Below, in pieces: positions 52,701 through 64,000 of a stretch of DNA of 64,000 nt. Location: positions 188,792,001 to 188,856,000 of the forward strand of contig NC_058368.1 in NCBI RefSeq assembly GCF_018350175.1. Direction: 5' to 3'. The notes under the pieces were generated by a model. That model was not told the DNA's origin. It was given only the letters and a program-made list of their open reading frames with translations, and searched no databases. The stretch comes from Felis catus. Its lineage: Eukaryota. Each line of letters opens with the position of its first letter. The stretch's first letter is position 1. A program made the translations under genes and the position numbers.

Positions 52701-53744
52701 CTCATTTGTGAACCTGAAGGATGACCTTTGGCAGGACTATCTGCTGACCTCAAAAATATTAAAGAAAGGTTATTTCACCTTGCCATTGTCTCCAAATGCC
52801 AAAATAGCCCAATTAAAAACCTTGACTTGGAACCATAGGAGCAGATGCGAGTCCTAAAGGGCATTAATTATTTTCAGTGTCAGCTGGTTGTATAACTGAG
52901 GCCAAATGAGAGTTTGGGAAGCTATTAAGGCACTGTATTACATGCACTGGGTCTAAGATTTGAATTCAGAATAAGGTGTAGATTTCATCTACTTAGGCAA
53001 GCTGTATAGAATTTGTGCTGGCTGTCCTGTTAAGAACTAAGGACTAACATAGGTGAGATGAAACTCATCACCTTCACTGGGGTTCTCCTCTCTGCAATCA
53101 TCCATTTATTTTCCCAAGTCTATTTGCAGAACCGTCGTTAGTTACCATATTGTGAGGTCAGAAGCACAAACATGTGTTCAGTATTAGTTTGTTTCCAAGC
53201 GGACTTTTCTTCCTCTCTACAAGCCTAAACACTACAGTGATTCTGTAGTGTTCCCCCCCCCCCCAAATGTGGTGACAGATGAAGATATGTACCCAAGCTA
53301 GGTTCCCATATGGCTAATTTCTACATTGTTTGAACAACACACAGATTTTTAGGCAAATTAAAACTCAAGGACCTCAGTATTCATGGCGTTCTCTCCAGTT
53401 CTGTCCTTTCTTTCTCCAGGTGGGTGTTAGTGAGCCATACTAATGGAATAGCCAGCGTTAAAAGGAGAAGGAGCAGGCAAGTCCATTAGATGGAATCGGC
53501 TCACAAGAGTTCCGGTGGCTTCGGGAGAGGGTTTGCTTGCTACTCATGGCTTTCATGTCATCCACATTCACAGCGGACATGGACTGCCAAGGCTTACTTT
53601 GTGTCCATGTGGTGCGAAACGGAAGTGTTGAAAGCAGGGAGTAACACATTCTTTTTAGCCTCTTTAAGTTTAAGATTCTGTTTTTGTCTTCATCTCCAGT
53701 TGAAAGGAGTGAAAAAGGAAGATTTAACTCTTAGGAAAAGGCAG

Positions 53745-53921
53745 AAGAGACTGGTAGAAAGCACAGGGCACAGGGAGTCAGATAGATCTGCGTTTAGATC
53801 CCAGTTTGGTTAGTCATTGTGTAAACCTGAGCATGTAACTGAACTCCCAGTGGCCTCATCTGTGACTTAAGAATAGCAATAACGCCTGACAGGATGGATA
53901 AGAAGATCTAATGAAAGTGTG

Positions 53922-53967
<46 letters not shown>

Positions 53968-53990
53968 GTGTAAGAGGTGTTTGGAAATTG
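53745..53990 (+). mobile_element. MIR SINE containing an (AC)n microsatellite at 53925-53963
   Basis: GGAGTCAGATAGATCTG...CCTCATCTGT...AATAGCAATAAC plus perfect AC run. Confidence 0.7.
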
Positions 53991-54382
53991 TGGCTGTCAT
54001 TTCCATGATGGGAGATTCAGAGAATGTTTTCAAAGATGCCATTTTTTCTCTAAACTTTTCTTCTGCACTTTTGTGGGGGCTCTGTGCAATGTATATAGCA
54101 GGTAACACAATTTAGAAATCAGAGTCCTATCTTTAAATCCCTCTTCAGTTGAGAAGTTGCTTTAATCTTAATACAATTCACATTTCTATTTGCAAATTGG
54201 GATAAAACCTACCATAATTTGTTTTTGTGACGATTAAATGAGATAATAGATGCATACGGTACTTAGCATTTGATAGGTGTTTGATAAGTGAATGAAACCC
54301 TATTGTCCTTGCTTCCAGAACATTCTTACACTTTCTTACTACATATGCAACTAATGATAGCTTTGGTTGAGAGGAGGTACAG

Positions 54383-54458
54383 TTTTTTTTTTTTTAAATA
54401 AAAAAATTTAATTCCAATATAGTTAACATACAGTGTTATATTGGTTTTGGGTGTACAA
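54383..54458 (-). mobile_element. Very short carnivore-type L1 3' end
   Basis: polyT then ATAGTTAACATACAGTGTTATATTGGTTTTGGGTGTACAA, the reverse complement of the motif seen at 11.6 kb. Confidence 0.75.
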
Positions 54459-55629
54459 GAGAAGGTGTAGTTCTATTTCAAGTCTTCTTCCCAGGCCAGT
54501 TCCTTGCTGTCTTATTCCGAAAAACAAACACCCTTGTTGGAATACATCTTTTCGAAACAATGACAGTTTGTAATTTCTCATTCTCAAGGTTGAAAGAAGA
54601 TCTGTTTCCCCATTTGGTGTCATTATGTTTCTTTGTTATTTGGCAGCATACTTTTGGTGATGTCCCATGTTTCAGATCAGCGTGACAGACATTGAGGTGA
54701 TTTTCTTTGGCCCCCCAGATGTGGGAGATCCTATCTATGGGATAAGAACCCACCCGGGGGTTTCCTGTCTGGCTACTTAGGCCACATGTTAACCCAGGTA
54801 ACATGACTACCATTTTCCCCTACAAGTTTGCTATTATTCTAGATTGCCATTAAAAAAAAAATTTCTAATTTCATTGTAAGATCCTCATAAATACCAGCAG
54901 TTAATGAAAGCTGGTTTGTTTCTTGCTCTTTGGGAGGTGACCACCCATGTTAGCATTGGAGGGTGTCTGCACATCCTTGAAAGGTCCAACAAGTGGTAAA
55001 CAGATGGAGTCTGAATCCACAGCTAAATTGCCAAGAAAAAAAAAATTCTGCTCTTTCACCAAATGAAATATTTAACATCCATTTACAAAGAACTTAGGCC
55101 ATAGTATATTGGGAGAGTTGGCTCCATTGATAATGAATGCATAAGCTAAAAGGCCACACAAACTCTATCAGCAGCTAATTTCTATATACAAGGCCACCCT
55201 TAGCTATAATTTGGAGAAAGCATGCATTTTCAAATGAATGTGTTGACTTTGTATCAGAGTGGGACTGCCTATTGAGCAATGACTTGTCTTTTTGTATAAA
55301 TGCCTCACCCAGCACACAGTATGCTCCTCTGGGTATTTGGTTATTAAGTCATAACTTCATGGTTACACCATTCTCTTCAGAAAGAAACTGTTGTAAAGAA
55401 AGGATTAAGTGTGGGGTGGGAAGATGCATGGGTGAAAGATAGGTTTAGTTACTAAGTACTAAGATAATTTTATCATCAGATGGCTTAGTCATAAAGTCAG
55501 TGTTCCACTGAGGGATCAGTAAATTATTAAATCTCAGTTTCTCAGCCTTTCTGTGTCAGTTACAATCTTTTTATCTCTTACTAGTGCTCTTTCTCTCTTT
55601 GCCCTGATGGTAATCCATCATTCCACCAT

Positions 55630-55840
55630 ATTGGTTCTTAGGTCTTAGCTCACAATACAGTCACCTAAGAAGCTAGTTAAAAAGGCAAATTATCAGACTT
55701 CATTCACAGAGAGTCTGTTTCTATAAACTCTTGGGTGGGGCCCAGGGATTCCCCTCTTAACAGATCACCTAACCCCACCCCATCCCACCTCAGGAAATTC
55801 TATTATAAATGGTCCTTGAGCCATGTTTTGGGAGCAGCTG
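55630..55840. mobile_element. MER5-like hAT DNA transposon fossil
   Basis: CAGTCACCT..GAAGCT..TTAAAAA...TGGGTGGGGCCCAGGGAT. Confidence 0.55.
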
Positions 55841-57419
55841 GATCATGCTTTTGGATCAATATGTTTCCCCATGTGCAAAATTGAATGGTACAAGAAGACC
55901 AGAAGACCAAATCGAGGAGCTTCCAGTAGTTTGGAGACGTTAATTATTGCCTCAGTGGAATCCTTTTAAAGATATTATGTAAAACGTTTTCTTCAAATCA
56001 AATCAGACACTGACTCCCCAAATTAAACCTCAGCTAAGTGGAGCTGCTTTGGCTAAAGAAGAACATAATGCTACTACTTACTCTATGTCTCCCTATATTT
56101 TCAGTGGCCCCAGGGGCAGCTCTGCAGCCTTCCTGGAGCTCAGTATCCCCCTTCTTCCCAAAGTGAACCAGATGAAGACCTAGGTCCCTGGGTAGAGGAA
56201 AGAGCATCTCACCAGGACTTCTGAGTTTCAGCTCCAGCCTTGTTTCTACTTTGCTGCATTGACTACACCTCTCTAAGCTCCAGTTCAACCCTCTAGGAAA
56301 AAGAAAGGTTTAAGCTAGAACAGTTTTTTTTGTTTGTTTGTTTTTGTTTTTTTCTGGAAGTTCTGTTGTTCACAGAATACCCTTGTGACCTTTGCTGTAG
56401 ATGAGTATTATTTATTCCTTGTCTGTCTTTATTCACTATTTTGTACTTAAATATTCACTTAGGTTTTGAGCTAAGCAATGCTGTATGTGAAATCGAAAGT
56501 TTGATGTGCTTCTTATGGTTTTTCTTTCCTAATACACATGAAAATAAATATAAACCACTAAATAATAAAAGCACATCACCTAACATCAGCAGTACTTGCA
56601 CGACCCTTGAGAAAGCGTAAGCTGGACGATCTCTAAAAGACCTCCCTGCACCAGTATTCAGTGGGGTTAATTTCGAGGTACATCTCTCCTGTTATCATCT
56701 TGGGGATTTGCAGGTGGGGCAGGTTATAGGGAAAAACAAAGAAATCCTCTGGGTGCTGGAAGCATGTAAAGGACAAGTGGCAGCCAGGAGGGGGAAAAAA
56801 AAACAAACAACTTGCCTGTATTGCTGTGAAGAAGGAGGGTGCTTGAAGCTTGGAGTGTATGTACAAAGGATCTAAATGGCTCAAAGAGAGTTTTTAATAT
56901 TAATTTTGTGGAGACATAGGGCCACCAGCTGCTTAATTTTATTTAGGACTAATAGAAAGCTTAATAACCAAGAACATCATTGGTTTCTTGTTTGTTTCTT
57001 TTATTGAGTGTCAAAGAGCTAGCAGCTTTTATTACAGATCTTCCAGAGCCGAAGTTGGTTGGTTAGGACATGGCCACATGGGGCTCTCAGGCAGAGTCCG
57101 AGGAGGGAGCCTTACCTGGGCTTGTCATGTTCTGAAGATTGAACTCTAAATATATGGATTTCAGGAGACGCTTTGTGGGAGGTAGAGGATGCTAAAGTGT
57201 TTGTTTTTGTTTTTTTTTTTTTTTTGCAGCACACATTGCAGAATGAAAGACAGCGTTTATAACCCACTTGTTCCATGCAAGGGGGAGATAATGACTCCAA
57301 ATGTATACCCACTGAGCTGGCTTGCAAATGGCAGGGGCAACTTCACAGTCATGGTGGTCAGAGCAAGGAAATGGAAATGTAATTGAAAAGTGGGGGAATT
57401 AAATATGCTCCACACTAAG

Positions 57420-57690
57420 CACACTGTTATAGAATGGAAATCAGTCTAGAATACATATTAGGTTAATATCTTGGGTTCAGGAGACTGACAGACTTAGGAT
57501 ATGGATCCTGACTCTGCCAATTCCTGGTTGAGATTTCTTCCTTAGACAAGGTACCTAATCTTTCTGAGCCTTGATTTATTTACCTGTCAGATGGGTATAA
57601 TATGTACTTCCAGGGCCAGCTTAAGTATTTGATGACTTGAAGAACTTGGCACAATGTTAGGTATTTAGAATAATTTTCAATAAATTATGG
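57420..57690 (+). mobile_element. MIR SINE
   Basis: ATCCTGACTCTGCCA...TAGACAAGGTACCTAATCTTTCTGAGCCT...CTGTCAGATGGGTATAAT. Confidence 0.65.
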
Positions 57691-58959
57691 GCGCTTTTTT
57701 AAAAATTACTGTTCTTATCATTATAATGTAATAGGTTTATTTGATTTAATTTCCCATCAAATCTATTGAGATGAGTGGTGTAGGTGGTCCCCAGGGATGG
57801 AACTGAGATTGCTAAGTCTGGTATTTTCCCAGGAGGTCTCATGGCATACCTCTATAATGGCACACTCTTATGGCTAGTATTATTCTTGAAAAATGATTTC
57901 TTGATGATCTTGAGATTACCACGACTGGGTAACACCACATAGAATCTAAGGATTCAGGGCTAAGAGGTCTTTTGGATAGATACTTCTGTTTCTTGGAATT
58001 AAGGCATTTCTCAGTGGGTATAGGACAACTACACAGAAGTAAAGAATTATGATTTGATTCCATTCTGCAAACATCAACCAAATTCAGAGCCCCCTTTGAT
58101 GGTAAGGAAGTCACCTGTACTTGTCAGGAGCTACAGGTGTGGAAGGCATGGAAGAGGTCTGCCAGGATACTGTGAATCAGGAAAGTCAGACCCTTGTGCT
58201 TCAGAGACTCCCACAGGAAGATTCTTAATCAACTTTCACACCTGCCAGTGAGTGTGAAAGTCCTCAAATGTGGACCCAATCTTGGTGCAACTGGCACTTT
58301 TGCACTGAGTTTTGGAATCAATTTCTAGGAAAAGATAAAGTAAGTTTGTCTTATGGCTTCTTTTCTTGTTTTTTACTTACTCTGTCTTCATGTTAATTAA
58401 CAACAACAGGAAAGAATGCCAGCATTTTCTTGTAAATTAACGCTCTTCTCTACCTCCTGGCCGTCCTCAGTCAGAGTGAGTTGAGCATCTATTGCTTTAA
58501 GAGCCACATGAGACCCTTACTGTTTGTGCCATAACTTAGAGTTGTGTGTGTGTGTCTGCAAGGCTTCCCTCCCGCTCAGTTGCTTTATATAAATGTCCAG
58601 TTAATACCAGTTAAAAAGTTCTTGTTCCTCGTCTAGCCGAAGGAAGACACCGGGAAGGGAAACACAGCCGGCTCCACTGCTGTGGCTGCATCCTCCGTCT
58701 GTGATGCATTACCATCAACTTCATTCCACATGTTTTTGCATTGTCTCTTCTTACATTTATCCTCTGACTATTGTTTCCTTTTGTTCCAGCAACAGCTGGA
58801 AATGGTAAATTTGTGTTTTGAGCCAGTGTTTTCCTTTGCCCTGGCATTTCTAAACATTTATTTTCCTATGAGCCCAAAATACCAGCAAAGACAAATTCTG
58901 AAAGATCTCCATCTCACGTTGCCCGTCGCCCTCCGATGCTGTCCCTTTAAATGAGGCCC

Positions 58960-59300
58960 CCAGAGTTCACTTTCTGAAGTTCATTAGCTTGTGTTATCAA
59001 TAATTTAGGATAATACTCCGGTGGAGCCTGAGTGCCTGGCCCGCCCCGCTTTCGCTGTCAGTTTTCTCATACCCTAGCAGTCCAGTGAACTTGATAAGTG
59101 TCCCATCATCCTGTTAATCAAATTACTTATGAACTAAAATTGACAGTTTTCATTAATTATAAAGGATTATTCTAATTGCAATTCAAATTTATTCATTTAG
59201 AACAGACGGCATTCAGTAATATTTCAGGAAATTTGCATATTAAATGGAGAGGGTCGTCCATTAAGTATGGTAATGTATGCATATTTCCTTATTTTTAACT
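58960..59300. promoter_or_regulatory. Putative conserved non-coding enhancer
   Basis: GC box CCCGCCCC, CTGTCA/TGACAG, dense TAAT, octamer ATTTGCAT 59231-59238, no recognisable repeat. Confidence 0.45.
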
Positions 59301-60559
59301 TCTAGGCCATATGCACTGCCGCTACTTCAGCAGGTGAAAAACCAGAACGTGCTTAATTTGTTCAACAAACACAGGGGCCAGAGCACATCTTTTGGCACTC
59401 GGTGCTGGCACCCTTCTACCTTTATTCCTTCTGCTCTTCCTTTCCCCACCTCCCACGGCCCTGCACACAGCCAAAACCACGGTTGATCTTTCGAAGAAAC
59501 TTTTTTTGATAAACCTGGGCATTTTTCCCCCCTCCTTTTCTTTTTCTTAAATGTAGGCACAGCTGGTAAGGGTTGATTGAAATGTTTTGCCATAGAAGCT
59601 GTGTTCATTAATTTCTTCAAGATGCTGAAGTAGGCATTAAGGTTGCCGGCTGGAGTCCTTCCCTGTGACATGTGGAACAGCAAGGGGCCTAATAGTCAGC
59701 CTTGTAACATCAACTGGTTACCCCCCTCGTGCGGCATGAACCTTTCCCCTCCAGTGAAAAATGAACCTGTCTGAGACAAAAGCACAAACCACGCATGCAA
59801 TGAGACAGTGCCATTATTCACACCCATATAGGCTGTTTTCAGAGATCATTAAAAATCATATCTCCATGATATTAATAAGCACCTTCTCTGATCCAGGTCT
59901 TGGGTAACAGGAAGGTATATTTAGAGCCGCCCCCACCACCTACCTAATCGGAGATCACGAATCTGGAAGGAAAAAAAAAACTGCATGTACGATAAAGGCT
60001 AACAAACTCGTATGGAAGGAGCCACTTGGCTTTTTAAACAGCTGGTATGGCCCGGCGTTCCTTGCAGCCATCCTAGTAGGGAAAGAAAGGGTGGGCCCCC
60101 AACCACATCGAGTTGCTTCTGGTGAATTTTGCCTCCAATTCTTAGGAATTATTGATATCTGTTCTTAATGATTTGAAGAAAGCATCTGCCAGCTCATTCA
60201 TCTCCAAAAATTCACATTGAATAACTGGTTGCTCATTTAGCCTGGTTTCAAGTAGACTTGTTTTTCATTTTCTGCAGTTAAACTAAAAGCTTTGTTGTTT
60301 CACATACAGATATTTTATTTGCTGAGCATATTTATTTCAGTCTGTTTGTATAGCACTAGTGCTTTCGTGGCCATATGTTATTGATTGAAAAACCTCCACG
60401 AACTCCAATCCTGAATGGGCGCTGTGTCCTTGAGGAGTGTCCGACAGGCAGGGACTGAGGGCCCGTGGCCGCCTTACCAAACCCATCCTGGGGGCCCTTT
60501 CTGCTGCCCCCGTGCCCAGGCCATACGGAAATCAGAACTGGTGTAAAGTGCAATTCATG

Positions 60560-61537
60560 CTTCAGTTTTCCACACAATCTCTCCCCGAATTTCAGTGGGA
60601 GCATGCAGTACCCTGTGTCCCCTTGTTGGGGTGCAGCCCTTCCTGGTTGGAAATACTAGGAACCACTCGGAGAGAACAGACCACCAAGGGCTACTTTAAG
60701 ACACTGATGGAAAATTCTCAGAAATCATTCAAGCCCACTGGCGTGTGTTGAGTCAAGGGAAATACCCTCCCTGTGTAACATCTTTTCTTCCACTTGGTTC
60801 AGCTTTAGAACCATGAAAGCCCCAGTCTTAATCCTATTTCTGATGAGAGTTAATTTTCAATGCAAGTTTTAAAACATTTAATTGTCACTGATTGCTGACA
60901 CGCAATAGTAAAATCATATAAAAGGATGCCACAAAAGATTAAAGTAAAACTTAACCGCGTATGCATTAAAAACAATCCCTTAACTCTACTTTTGTTATGG
61001 GAAATATTGCATTGCGTAATGTGACCCAGCGGTATAGGATAATTGCTTAAGAAACTGCATTATACAGATATTTTGTATATTATGTCCTCACGGACAGTAT
61101 TTCTGGTGATTAATTCCTCAGCAGTGGGAGGCTCTCTCAAACGGATGTTGATTATATCAGAATGTGAACCAAAAGCGATGCCAAGAAGGGAGAGTAGGCA
61201 CAACTATGCCAGGCATCATCTGGAAATATTGGGGAAAATCTCTCAGGAACAGCTTTTGCAGTCAGCATCCCTATTATCTGCAAGAACAACTATTAGGTCA
61301 CCTCCCACAAGGTGCTACATATTATTCAATGGGGCCTGACTGAGAGAGGGAAGGATAGGAACATGAATGGTGGATAAAACATGAGAGAGAACTAATGAAG
61401 CAGAATTAAGGATAGCAGAGGGAACGAACCTCTCTGAGCTCCATTTGTTATACCTGTAATACTTCAGTTTTTCACATAATCTCTCCCTGAATTTCAGTGG
61501 GAGCCTGTGTCCCCTTGTTGAGGTACAGCCCTCCCTG
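60560..61537 (+). repeat. Dispersed direct repeat pair (60560-60645 and 61462-61537)
   Basis: 76 aligned bp with 6 substitutions and one 10-bp indel. Confidence 0.9.
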
Positions 61538-61599
61538 TACCTTTGCCCTGCTTTCTTTGTGGGGCTGCTGTAAAAATCTTTTGAGATATCTCTGTTTCC

Positions 61600-61730
61600 A
61601 AGGCTCTTCTGTTAATCAGAATCACCTGAGAGTAGTCAAATACACATATTTCTACCAAGAGATTCCAACTCAGGAGGTCTGGGGTGGGGCTTGGGTGAGT
61701 TTTAGGATCTAGCAAGTTTGGAAAGCATAT
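61600..61730. mobile_element. MER5A-like hAT DNA transposon fossil
   Basis: ATCAGAATCACCTG...GAGATTCCAACTCAG.AGGTCTGGGGTGGGGC. Confidence 0.6.
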
Positions 61731-63464
61731 ACTGTATGTTAAATACACTACAAAATACAGTACTCTTGGGAAACAAGACTCACAAAGTCGTTAAAAAGTA
61801 GTTCAAGATATACCTACATACTGTGTTAAATTTTAAATTGGGTAAAGCTCTGGATTATAGGAATTGCAAGCATTAACTGCATTCTGGAATTTTAACTCTG
61901 GCCAGGTAAGTCACTGGGATTTGTTGATGATATTTCCAGTGTTTGTGAAGAAATGGGATCTCTATGGGTCCACCCAGAAAGACCCATGAGGAAGGACACT
62001 TACACCCCCATTGAGACAAGTACAGCCCAGCGTAGTTAAATGAACCCTGAGCCAACAGCAGGTGCTTTCCAAGCAAATATCTAGGTCATTCTGTGAATGT
62101 TCTTTATAGTTAAATAGACCCTGGAGGTGAAACTGTCATTACTCACCCACTAGAGACGTCAACTTGGAAAAATAGAAGAGAGAGCAGTTTCCTGTCTGTG
62201 AAAGCATATGGAAATGGTGATAGAGTTCAGGTTTGGCTATATTTATTAAACATTATTGATGCAGAACCACTTCATACTATGTCAGAGTAAAATAAATTGG
62301 ATAACAATGGGATGGCAGCATCATCTAATCTAATATCAGTGTTGCTTAGTGGTTACATTTTAGCTGCCAACTTGGGTGCATGGAGTGGGTTCTGAGACTC
62401 TCAACTCCCAGTAGTTCTAGCTAAGGATTAGAGCAGGAGTAGTTGGTATACTGTCCTACTTGAGGCACTCCCAGGTCAGGACAAGGTACAGTGGGGTGAG
62501 TGAAATGATTTGCTCATACTGTATGCTATCATAGGTAAAAATGCCTTGTTTCTTGAGGTTGTTGTGGTAGTTAGGGATTGTAGGTTGGTTTTAGGAGAGA
62601 TAGAGGAAAAGATGGGTCTTCTTTTCTTCTTTCCCTTTTCACCCTGAGGATTATGGCCAATTTAATAAAATCTCTATCTTCATGAAACACTTTTTGTTAA
62701 TCATCTTGTTGTAACTAGAAAACTGCCAGGCTGGTTAGAGATAGAATGAAATGGTTATGTCTCTGACCTCTGGGGGCTGACAGCTTTAGTTAGTAATACT
62801 GAGTTAGGCATGAAACACACAAAGATGAATGAGCAAGACTGAACGTAAAAGAGTAAATTAAAGAAGTTCCAAGCATTTTGTATAAATGGGTGTTGCATTT
62901 AGTTTTGGCATTCAGTGATTTAATGAAAGGGAGGAGATTTGTAGAGGTTCCTTGTTCAGATGAGTGACTCATTGAAGAAAGTTTGCTGGGAGTTGCTGGG
63001 ATTTCAGGATGTGCTTTTGATGACTGAAGATAGAAGGGGGCCTACAGTTCTTAGAAGAAGGAAATTCTCTTTGCTGGGCTAAAAGCACCCACTCCAGCTC
63101 CTCCCCTGGGTATATGGGCATTATATTAAAATATTGGGGTTTAATATTTCTTTTGAATGTAAACCTCTGGATCAACAGGAGCTAATTGGAATTGGAATTT
63201 TGTAGATTACTTGAGGAGAGCAGTGTTCCTTTTGGGGCCACAAATTGGACTTTATAATATCCTTATTAAATCACTGCAACAAGCTTCAGCAAGCTTTGTT
63301 TGAGGGGCATTCCAGGACTCTACAAAATCCAGCATGAATTACTGTGGTGTGCATCTAGAGAAGAGGGAGCTCACATTCTCCAGGTCTTTACATAAACCAC
63401 AAATGCCTTTTATTCAGAGAAACATTTATTTATTTAAAATATTTTCAGTTTATTAAAACCAAAA

Positions 63465-64000
63465 ACACCCCCACTTCACACCACTTTCCCCCCACAAACC
63501 TCTCGGAACTACTAATCTGTTCTCCATCTATGAGCTTGGCTTTATGTTTTATGTTGGTGGTGGTTGTTTTTTTTTTTTTTCTAGATTCCACGTGTAAGAG
63601 AGATCATACCATATTTGTCTTTCTCTGTCTGACTCACTTCATTTAGCACAATGTCCTCAAGGTCCATCCATGTTGCCGCCAGTGGCAAGATATCATTTTA
63701 TTCTAAGACTGAATGATATTCCATTGAATATATATACTACAGTTTGTTTGTTTTTTTTAATCCATTCACATATTGGTGGACACTTAGGTTGTTTCCATAT
63801 CTTAACTATTGGATATAATGTTACAATGAATATGGGCTATGTATATGCTTTCAAATTAGTGTTTTCATTTTCTAAAGATAAGTACACAGAATGGAATTGC
63901 TTGACTATATGGTAGTTTTATTTTTAATTTTTTTGAGGAATCTCCATACTGTTTTCATAGTGGTTACACCAATTTATGTTCCCACCAACAGTACACAAGG
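63465..64000 (-). mobile_element. L1 (L1MA-like) ORF2 end/3' UTR, runs off the window
   Basis: TAGATTCCAC...TGTCTTTCTCTGTCTGACT...GGACACTTAGGTTGTTTCCATATCTT...TTTTTGAGGAATCTCCATACTGTTTT...TCCCACCAACAGT. Confidence 0.9.

Noticed and set aside
61895..61911. Perfect donor CAG|GTAAGT
   Set aside because: No convincing upstream acceptor or exon; isolated consensus donors are expected by chance
183..63915. Six-frame ORF track as protein-coding genes
   Set aside because: All ORFs are short, many start at non-ATG codons, and none resembles a cellular protein I recognise; the longer ones run through microsatellites or repeat fossils
1..64000. Naming the host gene, or calling a CRISPR array or prokaryote-type system
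   Set aside because: No exon is available to identify a gene; there is no regularly spaced repeat-spacer array and the sequence is clearly mammalian

Overview
Mammalian, non-coding genomic DNA, almost certainly from a feliform carnivore (cat family), because it carries feline-type Can-SINEs (SINEC_Fc-like). I recognise no protein-coding exon, RNA gene or CRISPR array, and the six-frame ORFs look like chance or repeat-derived frames. The window is a mosaic of young SINEs, L1 3' fragments, many ancient MIR and L2 remnants, MaLR LTRs, hAT and mariner DNA-transposon fossils, a CR1 fossil and microsatellites. Between these lie several repeat-free, TAAT-rich blocks that resemble developmental enhancers. 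The layout, plus the antisense bias of L1 fragments, suggests a very long intron of a plus-strand gene, which I cannot name from sequence alone. I found no clearly new biological system. The best leads are a self-complementary enhancer-like block at ~25.9-26.2 kb, a CpG-rich PBX/MEIS motif cluster at ~0.8-1.0 kb, a candidate 30-nt microexon at 15179-15208, an inverted SINE cluster, frame-preserving CR1 and mariner fossils, and a local ~80-bp duplication. All repeat family names come from recalled consensus sequences, not from a database search, and boundaries of old repeats are approximate.
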